Notes: generated from the letters alone by a model not told the origin. Positions 18,509 to 28,695 are shown, numbered from the stretch's first letter. The stretch is 58,173 bases of DNA from Candidatus Thalassarchaeaceae archaeon (GCA_046710875.1 JBKEHQ010000003.1:1-58173), one strand, 5' to 3'. Program-made: numbers and translations.

Positions 18509-19276
18509 CTAAAAGTTACTAATTATTAGCTTTGAAGCTGCTATTATTAGGACAAGAGATAAAATACTTTTCAAAGACTCTTCTTTGGCCATTTCCGAAC
18601 CATATCTAGATCCTATCAATCCCCCTATTAAGACGGCAATACCAAAAGGAATGATATTATCAAATTCAACCAATTGATTAGATAATCCTGCACCTATTAA
18701 TCCTGATAATGAATTGAACCATATAAAAATAGCAGAAGTAGCAGCAGCTGTTTTGGCATCAGCCCATTTTTTAATAACTATAATTGGAGTTAATAATACG
18801 CCACCACCAATTCCTAGAATGCCACACATATATCCTATTAATCCACCAATAAACAAAAAATCTCGTATTTTGGGTGACTTAATTTCAATTATATCAACAT
18901 CTTTTTTAATAATTACTAATCTTATAGCCGCTAGTATCAAAAATGAAGTTAATAAAATATCATAAATATTTCCTTCAACTTGTACATAACTTCCTAAAAT
19001 CACAAAAGGAATACTTGCAAGAATAAATGGTAACGTTAGTTTAATATCATGATAACCTTCTTTACGATAATATAAAAATGCTAAACCAGCTACTATCAAA
19101 TTCAATGACCATGCATGTTGTTTTAACCAAATATGGCCTTCTGATGAAAAAGATGTTAATGATAATAATGCCAAATAACCCGACGCTCCGCCATGACCTA
19201 CTGATGAGTATATTATGGCCATAAAAAATAACCCAATTATCAGAATCACTAATTCTGCATCCATGACATTTCCCAA
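18509..19276 (-). CDS. TSUP (TauE/SafE) family anion permease
   Basis: The 255-aa polytopic membrane protein has repeated GHGGASG / GIGGGVLL glycine-rich motifs typical of the TauE/SafE family. Confidence 0.75.
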   Translation of the reverse strand: MGNVMDAELVILIIGLFFMAIIYSSVGHGGASGYLALLSLTSFSSEGHIWLKQHAWSLNLIVAGLAFLYYRKEGYHDIKLTLPFILASIPFVILGSYVQVEGNIYDILLTSFLILAAIRLVIIKKDVDIIEIKSPKIRDFLFIGGLIGYMCGILGIGGGVLLTPIIVIKKWADAKTAAATSAIFIWFNSLSGLIGAGLSNQLVEFDNIIPFGIAVLIGGLIGSRYGSEMAKEESLKSILSLVLIIAASKLIISNF

Positions 19277-19314
19277 AGGAAGACAACTTTAACAACTTCC
19301 TCTTCTCAGTAAAC

Positions 19315-20520
19315 ATGGAAATAGGAGTCTCAGTAGAAACTGCAATTGAAATAGCCTGCAAAGTCCCTATTAAAAAAACAATAGAATCGGTCCCCCTAGA
19401 AGAAGCGGCGAATAGAATACTAGCAATTGATTTAGTATCAAAGGTTGATAATCCACGATTTGATAATTCATCTATGGATGGTTGGGCAGTAAAGTTTGAT
19501 GATTGTAAACATGGTTCAAAGTTAAGAATAATAGGTACAAACCAAGCAGGAAAAACAGATAATAAATTATTAAAAAAGGGAGAGGCATGTAAAATAATGA
19601 CCGGGGCATCTATGCCAAATGGATCCGATTCAATAGTAATCATAGAAGATTCAATTGAAGATCATGAATTTGTTACAATAAAAGGTCCTGCAAGAAGAGA
19701 ATATATAAGAAAAAAAGGTGAAGATATTAAAAAAGGAGAAATTATAATTTTTGCAGGAACACTGATGACGCCACCCGCTATCTCCTTATCCGCAACAATG
19801 GGATATAGCAACTTAGAAGTAGTATCTATGCCTAAAATAGCCATTATAAGTAATGGCGATGAATTAATTAAACCAGGATTACAATTATTAGATGGTCAAA
19901 TATATGAATCAAATTCCTTTGGGATAGCATCACTAATTCAAAAAACCGGAGGTGAACCAGTTAGATTTGATGTAGTTCAGGATTCAATTGAAGGATTAAG
20001 AAATACACTAAATATAGCCGCTAGTAGTTGTGATGCTATCATAACCAGTGGCGGAGTTAGTATGGGAGATTATGATTTAGTAAGAAAAATAATGGAAAGT
20101 GAAGGAGAAATAAAGTTTTGGAAAGTTTTGATGAGGCCAGGTGGGCCACCATTATTTGGGAAATGGAAAAACACACCTATTTTTGGTTTGCCAGGAAATC
20201 CAGTTAGTAGTCATGTAGTTTTTACTATGTTGGTTGAACCATGGATTGCACATTCATTACAAACACATGCCGAATACGGGCCAAAACTCGCAGATAAAGT
20301 AAGCGTAATACTACAAAACCCACTAAGAGGCGCCCCCGGTAAGATTTGCCTCAGAAGAATTAGAATATCAAATCAAGATGGAAAATTAATTGCTAACGTA
20401 ATAACTCATCAAGGTAGCGGTAATATTCATAGCATGGTGGCTAATAATGCACTTACTCTATTGCCACCTGATACAAATGCGAAAGAAGGCGATCAAATTG
20501 AAGCATTGTGGTTTCGATAA
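19315..20520 (+). CDS. moeA: Molybdopterin molybdenumtransferase MoeA
   Basis: The segments SSMDGWAV, the SGGVSMGDYD motif and LPGNPVSS are characteristic of MoeA/gephyrin E domains. Confidence 0.88.
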   Translation: MEIGVSVETAIEIACKVPIKKTIESVPLEEAANRILAIDLVSKVDNPRFDNSSMDGWAVKFDDCKHGSKLRIIGTNQAGKTDNKLLKKGEACKIMTGASMPNGSDSIVIIEDSIEDHEFVTIKGPARREYIRKKGEDIKKGEIIIFAGTLMTPPAISLSATMGYSNLEVVSMPKIAIISNGDELIKPGLQLLDGQIYESNSFGIASLIQKTGGEPVRFDVVQDSIEGLRNTLNIAASSCDAIITSGGVSMGDYDLVRKIMESEGEIKFWKVLMRPGGPPLFGKWKNTPIFGLPGNPVSSHVVFTMLVEPWIAHSLQTHAEYGPKLADKVSVILQNPLRGAPGKICLRRIRISNQDGKLIANVITHQGSGNIHSMVANNALTLLPPDTNAKEGDQIEALWFR

Positions 20521-20599
20521 ATCTTAATTTTGTCTCAAATCGTAAACCATGAATTCAAGTCCAATTGTGAGTCCGTATAAATATAATTGGAGATGAGGC

Positions 20600-23578
20600 A
20601 TGCCATCTAAAAAGAAAAATCAAAATCAAAATGGTTGGATAGAAGTACGAGGTGCACGTACTCATAATCTGAAAGATGTCGATGTCAGTATCCCTAGAGG
20701 TAAATTCGTAGTATTGTCTGGAGTCTCGGGCTCTGGCAAATCTTCTTTGGCCTTTGACACTTTATATGCAGAAGGGCAAAGAAGATATGTAGAAAGCCTA
20801 AGTTCCTATGCTAGGCAATTCTTAGGGCAAATGAAAAAACCTGATTGCGACTCTATTGAGGGCTTATCTCCAGCAATAAGCATTGATCAAAAACAAGGTA
20901 GCCATAATCCAAGGTCAACGGTAGCAACCGTAACAGAAATGATGGATTACCTAAGATTATTGTGGGCAAGAGTTGGATTACCCCATTGTCCAGAATGTGG
21001 TAAAGAAGTTGCACGTAGAACCATTCAAGAAATTGTAGATGACGTATTATGGAGATTCGAATCGCATGCATTAGCAGTATGGAGTCCTGCTATACGAAAT
21101 AGAAAGGGAACACATTCTGATTTATTTAAAGCACTTGTAGAACAAGGATATATTGAAGGAAGAATAAATGGAAGAGATGCTAGTTTTGAAAAACCTCCTA
21201 TATTAGAAAAAAATCTAAGACATGATATCGATGTTAGAATAGACCGTCTTAAACTGACGAGAGAAAATCGTCAGCGATTAACTGAAGCTATTGATGCAGG
21301 ATTAAAACTAGGTGGTGGAACGGTAGCTATTGAAAGTTTAAAAAAGCCTAAAATGACCAATAAAGACAATGTAACAGATCAAAAATTTATAACAAATGAA
21401 GGAGAACACATTGCGTATTCAGAAGAATTTGCCTGCCCTCTACATGGAGCCTTTCTTCCAGAGATGAGCCCTCGAGTATTTTCATTCAATAATCCCTTAG
21501 GGGCGTGTCCTTCATGTCAGGGATTAGGGGTCCAACGAACATTTTCAGCAGATTTAGTTATTGATGGATTTAATTCTGTGGAAGAGGGATGTATCATTCC
21601 ATTCAGACGTTCAATGATGTCCGGATGGTATAAGAAGCAAATGATACAAACTTGTTATCATTATCAAATACCAATAAATGTGCCATTTAATGAACTCGAT
21701 GATGATCATAAAGATATTTTATTACATGGTTCTGGAAGTACTGCAATAAATTTTGAATTCAATTCTGATGGTGGATCTTCCTACAAGATGGCAAAACCAT
21801 GGGAAGGTGTTTTTTCTAGATTAAATAGGACTTATACAGATACTAGCTCTGACCGAACTCGTAATCGCTTAACCTCCTATATGACCGATGAACCATGTTT
21901 AGATTGTAATGGTAAAAAATTAAATCCAGCAGTAAGTAAAGTAATTGTGGGAGGAATATCTCTTCCTGATATATCTTCATGCAGCGTTCTGGAGGCTTTG
22001 GCCGTGGTTCAGCACTGGAGATTAGGAAAAATAGATCAAACATGGGTAAAATTGGGGCGAAATAAACCAGAATCAAAAATTATAAATTCGACTAATAAGT
22101 TGGACGATAGATCAATTTTTATTGGTCAGGATATCATTAAAGAAATTGAATCTAGACTCAGATTTTTAGCTTTAGTTGGTTTAGATTACTTAACGCTAGA
22201 TCGTCGTGCCAATACACTCTCCGGAGGAGAATCCCAAAGAATTAGGCTTGCAACTCAAATTGGTACTCGCCTAACTGGAGTAATGTATGTATTAGATGAA
22301 CCAAGTATTGGCCTCCATCCGCGCGACAATGGTCGATTATTAGAAACTCTAAGGGAATTAACAGGATTAGGAAATACTTTACTTGTTGTTGAACATGATG
22401 AAGCAACTTTACGGCAAGCAGATTGGATTGTTGATATCGGACCAGGCGCTGGTAAAGAAGGGGGAGAGATATTAGTTAGCGGATCAGTAAATGATCTATT
22501 AAAAAATAAAGAAAGTATAACTGGGGCATATTTATCTGGAAGAATGAAAATCCCATTACCAGAAGATAGACAAAAACCACGTGATGATTACTGGCTTAGG
22601 ATTAAAGAGGCTAGGCAAAATAATTTACAAGGAATTGATGTAAATATACCCTTAGGATGCATGGTGGCATTTACCGGCGTTTCCGGTTCTGGCAAATCAT
22701 CTTTAGTCACCGCAACTTTGGCACCGGCGTTACTAAGGCAACTTCACGGTTCTGATGCCACACAAGGACGACATAGTGGCATAGAAGGAATCGAAAAAGT
22801 AGACAAAGCAATCGTCATAAATCAATCTCCAATAGGTCGTACTCCAAGATCAAATCCAGCTACATATACAGGATTGTTTGGCCCAATTAGAGAATTATTC
22901 GCACAAACAAATATTTCTAAACAACGTGGTTATCTCCCGGGGCAATTTTCATTTAATGTTAAAGGAGGAAGATGTGAAGCATGTAGCGGAGCCGGTTCCT
23001 CAAAATTAGAAATGAATTTTTTACCAGACGTTTGGGTTACATGTGAGGTCTGTAAAGGTAAAAGATATACGAGAGAAACACTCGAAGTATTATGGAAAGG
23101 TAAAACAATCCATGAAGTTCTAGATATGAATGTAGATGAAGCTTGCAATTTCTTTATTAATCAAAAATTAATTTTTAGAATATTATCTACATTACAAGAT
23201 GTTGGCTTAGGTTACATAAGATTAGGGCAACCAGCAACTACGCTTTCAGGAGGAGAAGCACAAAGGGTCAAACTTGCTACAGAATTACACAGACCTGCTA
23301 GGAAACATACTGTGTATATACTAGATGAACCTACAACTGGGTTATCATTATTTGATGTCCACCAATTAATCAAAGTATTACTCAGGCTACGTAGAGTTGG
23401 CCATACTGTAATAGTTATCGAACACCATCTAGATGTGATAAAATGCGCGGATTGGGTAATTGATTTAGGACCAGAAGGAGGAGAAAGAGGGGGTAAGATT
23501 GTTAGTCAAGGGACTCCGCATGAAATCACTAAGAACTCCGAGAGTCATACAGGCAAACATCTGTCGGATTTAATGTAA
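20600..23578 (+). CDS. uvrA: Excinuclease ABC subunit A
   Basis: Two ABC modules are present (GVSGSGKSSLAF and GVSGSGKSSLV), with LSGGE signatures and zinc modules (CPECG, CEACSG...CEVCKG). Confidence 0.95.
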   Translation: MPSKKKNQNQNGWIEVRGARTHNLKDVDVSIPRGKFVVLSGVSGSGKSSLAFDTLYAEGQRRYVESLSSYARQFLGQMKKPDCDSIEGLSPAISIDQKQGSHNPRSTVATVTEMMDYLRLLWARVGLPHCPECGKEVARRTIQEIVDDVLWRFESHALAVWSPAIRNRKGTHSDLFKALVEQGYIEGRINGRDASFEKPPILEKNLRHDIDVRIDRLKLTRENRQRLTEAIDAGLKLGGGTVAIESLKKPKMTNKDNVTDQKFITNEGEHIAYSEEFACPLHGAFLPEMSPRVFSFNNPLGACPSCQGLGVQRTFSADLVIDGFNSVEEGCIIPFRRSMMSGWYKKQMIQTCYHYQIPINVPFNELDDDHKDILLHGSGSTAINFEFNSDGGSSYKMAKPWEGVFSRLNRTYTDTSSDRTRNRLTSYMTDEPCLDCNGKKLNPAVSKVIVGGISLPDISSCSVLEALAVVQHWRLGKIDQTWVKLGRNKPESKIINSTNKLDDRSIFIGQDIIKEIESRLRFLALVGLDYLTLDRRANTLSGGESQRIRLATQIGTRLTGVMYVLDEPSIGLHPRDNGRLLETLRELTGLGNTLLVVEHDEATLRQADWIVDIGPGAGKEGGEILVSGSVNDLLKNKESITGAYLSGRMKIPLPEDRQKPRDDYWLRIKEARQNNLQGIDVNIPLGCMVAFTGVSGSGKSSLVTATLAPALLRQLHGSDATQGRHSGIEGIEKVDKAIVINQSPIGRTPRSNPATYTGLFGPIRELFAQTNISKQRGYLPGQFSFNVKGGRCEACSGAGSSKLEMNFLPDVWVTCEVCKGKRYTRETLEVLWKGKTIHEVLDMNVDEACNFFINQKLIFRILSTLQDVGLGYIRLGQPATTLSGGEAQRVKLATELHRPARKHTVYILDEPTTGLSLFDVHQLIKVLLRLRRVGHTVIVIEHHLDVIKCADWVIDLGPEGGERGGKIVSQGTPHEITKNSESHTGKHLSDLM

Positions 23579-23583
23579 ATTAA

Positions 23584-23660
23584 TGGCGGGCGATCCAGGA
23601 TTTGAACCCGGGTTCTCGGCTTAGGAGGCCAAGGTGATATCCAGACTACACTAATCGCCC
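23584..23660 (-). tRNA. tRNA-Arg (anticodon CCT) with a genomically encoded CCA
   Basis: The minus strand reads GGGCGATTAGTGTAGTCTGGATATCACCTTGGCCTCCTAAGCCGAGAACCCGGGTTCAAATCCTGGATCGCCCGCCA. The acceptor stem is 7 bp (GGGCGAT/ATCGCCC). The anticodon stem is TTGGC/GCCGA with loop CTCCTAA. The T arm is CCGGG-TTCAAAT-CCTGG. The discriminator G is followed by CCA. Confidence 0.9.
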
Positions 23661-23764
23661 GTACTTCCGAGAGCGTTTGCCTCAAGAAATGTGCTGATGA
23701 TTAAACATGCTTTTTTCAACAAAATAGCCGATGCCATCAAGCACCAAACGTCCTTCGGAGATAT

Positions 23765-25231
23765 GTGTCCAAGGCTCCCGAGTTGCCAACACCCTACGGA
23801 ATTGGCAGTAGTTACGGTTCTGGCAATCAAAACTCATTATATAGAAGGATACAAGCTAGAGACACAGGTAGGAAACTATGGACGAAAATAGCATCTTATA
23901 GAATCCTACAACAATTACGTATTTTATTAGCATTTTTAATACCTATTTATTTAACATTAAGCTATTTTAACTTAAAATATACTAGTATAAAAATTTGTAT
24001 TATATTGTTTGTGATTTTATTTATAATGTTAATACCAAGTTTTTTTGCAATAATTTTTGCTCAAATGTCTGCCAGAGATAGACTTCAATTAAAAACTACG
24101 GATGATAAAAAATCTATAAATTCTATTCCGGGAACAGAGCGTATCCTTAATACACTACGTGAAAGAAGAGTTTTGGAAACAACCAGATTACTAGCGGCTT
24201 TAGTTAGTGCAATTTTACTATATTTCATTACTTCTTTTCAAACTGATGCAATACTCGGATCACTGTTAATAGGTTCTTCAATAGTACTCGGATTACTTTG
24301 TCTATTATTATCAATCTCATTAGATTCAGGAGAAATACCGATGCGAGACAATCAATTTCCATTGCTGTCGTTGCATGCTCCAACTTTACACCATAGCGCA
24401 CTTGAAAGAGTAATTACAGAGATTCTAGTGGCGCATTTAGATCCAGAGACTGCAACATATTTTGAAGAATGGATTAAATCATTAGAAAAAAAAGTTAGAA
24501 GGCATACTAATCCTGATGAAGCTGTAGAATATTTATTAAGAATCTTACATCTTAACTCTCTAAATCTTCTAGACGAAGAAAGAATGTTTAGGGAAATAAA
24601 GAGAGTTTTCAAAGTATCTGCAGTAGATAGTCTCAAATCCGATGCAAAGTTTAATCTCGAATCATTACAGATATTGTTACAACATACCAAAAGTTGGCAA
24701 CCTTCATTTTTCAGAGTTATAGATAGGCTAGTTGGAGATGTACAGAGGGGCCACAGTTCAATAATTGAAGATGAATGGAGAATGGATCTGGAAATACCAC
24801 CAGTTGCAGCAGAAGGTCAAACTGATGTTATAGCAATGGTGCATAATTTTTCTGGTAAAATACAAACTATAGAAATTGAGATAATATCTGCTGAAGGAGA
24901 GCCCGCCTCACAAGTTATAAGGCTACCATCACCATCTTCAAAGAGGTTAAAATCAGCAGTAGCACTTGGAATTGAAGGGGAAGATATTGTTAATGCTTTA
25001 ACGGAAAAACTAGACTCATGTGTAACTTTGTGGATAGGATTGGCATGGCCAAATACCGTTTCTGGTAGCCGACCAGTACAAATAAACTTACATTTGGCTA
25101 CAGGTGAAACATTATTGAGCACAGTCTTACATACATCTATTTCTGCAGGAGCACATGCTGAGAGCGCTGGATACAAGATGATTGATGCAGCAGCATCTGT
25201 AAGGAAATTAGCACTCAGCTTTGCTGAGTAA
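23765..25231 (+). CDS. Hypothetical membrane protein with about four N-terminal TM helices and a large soluble C-terminal region
   Basis: The ORF is long, with normal AT-rich codon usage and hydrophobic helices within the first ~200 residues. I recognise no family. The start is uncertain because the track start is a GTG. Confidence 0.55.
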   Translation: MSKAPELPTPYGIGSSYGSGNQNSLYRRIQARDTGRKLWTKIASYRILQQLRILLAFLIPIYLTLSYFNLKYTSIKICIILFVILFIMLIPSFFAIIFAQMSARDRLQLKTTDDKKSINSIPGTERILNTLRERRVLETTRLLAALVSAILLYFITSFQTDAILGSLLIGSSIVLGLLCLLLSISLDSGEIPMRDNQFPLLSLHAPTLHHSALERVITEILVAHLDPETATYFEEWIKSLEKKVRRHTNPDEAVEYLLRILHLNSLNLLDEERMFREIKRVFKVSAVDSLKSDAKFNLESLQILLQHTKSWQPSFFRVIDRLVGDVQRGHSSIIEDEWRMDLEIPPVAAEGQTDVIAMVHNFSGKIQTIEIEIISAEGEPASQVIRLPSPSSKRLKSAVALGIEGEDIVNALTEKLDSCVTLWIGLAWPNTVSGSRPVQINLHLATGETLLSTVLHTSISAGAHAESAGYKMIDAAASVRKLALSFAE

Positions 25232-25296
25232 GTTTTAAGTTAGTTTTGAATCAATTTAAGCGTTATGTTCATGACATTATTGTGTTTGGCATAGTC

Positions 25297-26721
25297 ATGG
25301 AGTCTTGGGAAGTAGTAGTAGTAGGTGCAGGTCCAGCCGCACTTCGTGCCGCCATTGAATCTGCAGATAATGGCGCTACTACGATATTAATAGATAGTTT
25401 AGGAATAGGATCAAGACAAGGCAAAGCTACATTATCTGGTATCGCATCAAGTATTTGCGAGGTAAATTCTATATCTCACCGAGATGATACAATAGCAGCT
25501 GGAGGCGAGGTTACCAATAGCATCATGGCTGCAACAATATGTGGTGAATCAGTATCTATTATTTCTCAATTAGAGAGATGGGGATTGGTTTTTCGTAGAG
25601 ATCAAGAAGGAATGCCTCATACATCTAAAGTGCCCGGGCATTCTAAACCTAGATTAACGGGATGTGGAGATTCATCTGTCAGAGAAATCACAAGATTATT
25701 GGAAGAACAAGTGATAAAAAGAAAAATAACTAGAAAGTATGATTGTGTAGGAATCTCTCTAATAACAGATAATCAACAAATAAGGGGGCTAACATTTTTA
25801 GATATATTAAATGGAGAGGTAAACGCAATACAATCCAAAACAGTCATACTTGCTACAGAAGGTTATGAAGGCTTATGGACTACACCTTCCGAAGGAGCAG
25901 GAACAGGAGCAGCGTTGGCTGCAAAGGCTGGAATAACCTTGGTAGGAATGTCAAATTTTCCCATACACCCGTTAACAATAAAGGGAACAAATATTCATAT
26001 GCCTATAGAATTACTCGATTCAGGTGGTCTTTTGAGGAAATCAAACGGTGATGACGCATCCTTTTCGGATGCCATCGACGAAACCTGCGTTTTGGATTTG
26101 AGAGAACTGAATAGTGATTCAAAAATTTGGTTTTCGAATATATTATCAACAATAAAAAATAGGACAGGATTGAACATAGATGTAGATGTAATACCAATCA
26201 ATTGTAGTATTATTACAACTGGAGGGATCCCCATAGATTACAAAAGCAGAGCTACTTTTAATGATGGAAAAATGTGGTTTACAGGTTTATATGCTGCTGG
26301 CAGATCAGCAAACACAGGTATGCATGGTGCTGGATTACTACCAGGAAATATTCTATTAGAAGATTTATTTACTGGAGAGAGAGCAGGGGCAGCGGCTTCT
26401 ATATGGGCATTGAATGAAGAATTCAATAATTCAGACTTAATCCAAATTGAACAAAGCAATGTTAGGAAAGAAATACAAGATTTATATCTTAATGATGGCA
26501 AATCAGTCGGACAAATTTCATCAACTGTGGCCTCATTGATAAGTAAAATAGAAGATAATTATAATGAAAAGACCCTAAAATCAGTAAATAAAAATCTATC
26601 TGAAATAAATAAAAATGGTATTAGTTTAGCCGATAAATCAAAAGTGATGAATACCGAATTACTCATGGCAATACAAATCAAAGGTCTTTTGACAATACTA
26701 ACTCAAATTGCATCAAGTTAA
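25297..26721 (+). CDS. FAD-dependent flavoprotein of the SdhA/FrdA/NadB family with non-canonical active-site residues
   Basis: It has an N-terminal VVVVGAGPAALRAAIE dinucleotide-binding motif, ILATEGYEG, IHPLT and GLYAAGR...GMHGAG. The start is set at the ATG (MESWEVVVV); the track start is a TTG at 25246. Confidence 0.7.
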   Translation: MESWEVVVVGAGPAALRAAIESADNGATTILIDSLGIGSRQGKATLSGIASSICEVNSISHRDDTIAAGGEVTNSIMAATICGESVSIISQLERWGLVFRRDQEGMPHTSKVPGHSKPRLTGCGDSSVREITRLLEEQVIKRKITRKYDCVGISLITDNQQIRGLTFLDILNGEVNAIQSKTVILATEGYEGLWTTPSEGAGTGAALAAKAGITLVGMSNFPIHPLTIKGTNIHMPIELLDSGGLLRKSNGDDASFSDAIDETCVLDLRELNSDSKIWFSNILSTIKNRTGLNIDVDVIPINCSIITTGGIPIDYKSRATFNDGKMWFTGLYAAGRSANTGMHGAGLLPGNILLEDLFTGERAGAAASIWALNEEFNNSDLIQIEQSNVRKEIQDLYLNDGKSVGQISSTVASLISKIEDNYNEKTLKSVNKNLSEINKNGISLADKSKVMNTELLMAIQIKGLLTILTQIASS

Positions 26722-26733
26722 GAGGGGAGAATT

Positions 26734-27156
26734 TTGGTAAAGGAAAATATATTTTCTCTGATCCTTGATAAGAAAGTGCCATGCTACAAGATTTATGAAG
26801 ATACATTAGTGTTAGCATTTTTAGATATTAATCCATTTAGTTCGGGACATACTTTACTAATACCAAAAGAAAGAGTAGCAACCTTGGACAAATTATCTGC
26901 AGAATCAGCATCTGCAATTGGTAAGGTATTGCCAAAAATTTCAAAGGCAATTTTACAAGTAGTAGATACTAAAGAATTTAATATAATTCAAAATAATGGA
27001 TATAATGCATTTCAAACTATACCTCATGTACATTTCCATATAATACCTAAATTTGAAGATGGATTAGGATATCAATTTCCACCCAAATCTTATCCAATTG
27101 ACCATAATGAGGCTCTACTTTTAGCAAACAAAATATCTTTAATACTTTCAGATTAA
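26734..27156 (+). CDS. HIT-family (histidine triad) nucleotide hydrolase/transferase
   Basis: The HVHFHIIP histidine triad and the N-terminal IFSLILDKKVPCYKIYED pattern are present. The TTG start follows GAGGGGAG. Confidence 0.85.
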   Translation: MVKENIFSLILDKKVPCYKIYEDTLVLAFLDINPFSSGHTLLIPKERVATLDKLSAESASAIGKVLPKISKAILQVVDTKEFNIIQNNGYNAFQTIPHVHFHIIPKFEDGLGYQFPPKSYPIDHNEALLLANKISLILSD

Positions 27157-27192
27157 GGTTATAGTCTAAACCTAACTCCTCCAAACGTATCT

Positions 27193-28695
27193 ATGGCTGG
27201 CAATAGTAATGTTCCCGAAGATATTGCAGTTGAACTATCAAAAAGAGCCAAAAAAATTAACATTAGTAAATTAGAGAGTGTTCCATGGGCACATGATGGT
27301 TCTCACCCAAGTCCCGCATGGTTTTGGAAATTTTTTATTTTTATCTTATTATTTCCGTGGACCTATTTATTTAGAGATAAAGAAGTAGAAAAACCACATC
27401 CCACAAAGGGAGGAAGATTATGTGTGGCAACACATGTAAATGGATTAATCGATCCAATTGCAATTACTATGAGTAATCCAAAACAGAGAATGGTGACACT
27501 TGGAAGGCATGATTTAACCACTTCTGTACCAATTATTAGTTGGATAGCAAGACGCATCGGCTCACAACCTGTCATTCGAAAAGCAGAACAACTTGAAGGA
27601 GTTGCAGAAATAGAGTTTGCAAAAAAATTAAATCAACGTAGTATGTTGACAGTTTCACATGCTTTATCAGGAGGGTATCGAGCAATTATTATGCCTGAAG
27701 GAACAGGACATCAAGATTCTCGGTTACGTCATTTGAGAACAGGTTCGATGCGGTCTGCAATTAATGCAGCATCTATAGCCAAAGAACGAAATTTATCACT
27801 TCCTGTTTTTCAACCGATTGGTTTACACTTTAGAACACATTACTGGTTTAGAACTGATTTATATTTGGAACAAATTGAGCCAATACCGGTCCCATTTAAC
27901 CCAAATAAGAAAGAAAGAGAAAAATTAATGCAAGGAATATGGGTAGAACCACCAGAAGATTTAGTTCTCCAACTAAGGGATGAGTTAACAGTTAAACTTG
28001 CTAATATTTCAAGAGATGCACCTGATTGGACAACTTACAGGGCTTGGCAATTACTAGCTCATTTAGTATCTAAATCCAATAGCCAAGATCTAAAAACATA
28101 CAAAGAAGAAGTCCATGCTACAAGAAAAGTAAGAGAAAATCTCAAGTCCTTTGATTCTAAAGATATTATTGAAAATGCCAAATTAGCCTCAGAAATACTG
28201 TATTCTTATGATTTGGATGGGCGCGTTTTAAATTCAAATATGTCAATTAAAAAACAATCTAAATTAATTAGAGGACTTTTTGGATTATCAATTATGATAT
28301 TGTTTTCTCCAATTACATTCTATTCAACTGGTATTCAGGCACTTTTAGCTTGGTATTTGGGTAATAATACCGATGAAGGAATTGACGCCAGAACTACATA
28401 CCATATGGTCGCAGCCTTAATTTCGCCACTAATATTTTGGCCAATTCTTTCTCTAATTAGTTTTTTTATAATTTCTAAACTTATGTATACTATCCCCTTC
28501 TTTATATTACCATTTTTCATTATAACTTCAATGATAATATACCATTTTTCGAATATTATATTCTTATTGGGTTATGATAATTGGATGGATTATCAAGTTT
28601 CTAGACGTTGTAAAAAGCTTTTTAAATCCAACCATAATAATAAATTATCAGATTTATTATCAAATTTAGAGCCAGTATTAGGCGCACTAAAATAG
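27193..28695 (+). CDS. PlsC/LPLAT-like acyltransferase with a C-terminal polytopic membrane region
   Basis: Motif I-like ATHVNGLIDP has H-x5-D, one residue longer than the canonical HX4D. Motif III-like IIMPEGTGH is present. Several C-terminal TM helices follow. Confidence 0.55.
   Translation: MAGNSNVPEDIAVELSKRAKKINISKLESVPWAHDGSHPSPAWFWKFFIFILLFPWTYLFRDKEVEKPHPTKGGRLCVATHVNGLIDPIAITMSNPKQRMVTLGRHDLTTSVPIISWIARRIGSQPVIRKAEQLEGVAEIEFAKKLNQRSMLTVSHALSGGYRAIIMPEGTGHQDSRLRHLRTGSMRSAINAASIAKERNLSLPVFQPIGLHFRTHYWFRTDLYLEQIEPIPVPFNPNKKEREKLMQGIWVEPPEDLVLQLRDELTVKLANISRDAPDWTTYRAWQLLAHLVSKSNSQDLKTYKEEVHATRKVRENLKSFDSKDIIENAKLASEILYSYDLDGRVLNSNMSIKKQSKLIRGLFGLSIMILFSPITFYSTGIQALLAWYLGNNTDEGIDARTTYHMVAALISPLIFWPILSLISFFIISKLMYTIPFFILPFFIITSMIIYHFSNIIFLLGYDNWMDYQVSRRCKKLFKSNHNNKLSDLLSNLEPVLGALK

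Noticed and set aside
19062-19643. A 193-aa minus-strand ORF spanning the TauE/SafE start, the intergenic region and the 5' end of moeA.
   Set aside because: It is antisense to moeA and out of frame with the permease. It crosses a divergent promoter region. Both overlapped genes have clear family motifs, so I treat it as spurious.
23579-23764. A possible integrated element at tRNA-Arg, meaning an integrase or an att duplication.
   Set aside because: There is no integrase, transposase or phage-like gene on either side. The flanks are uvrA and ordinary-composition ORFs. I saw no direct repeat of the tRNA 3' half nearby.
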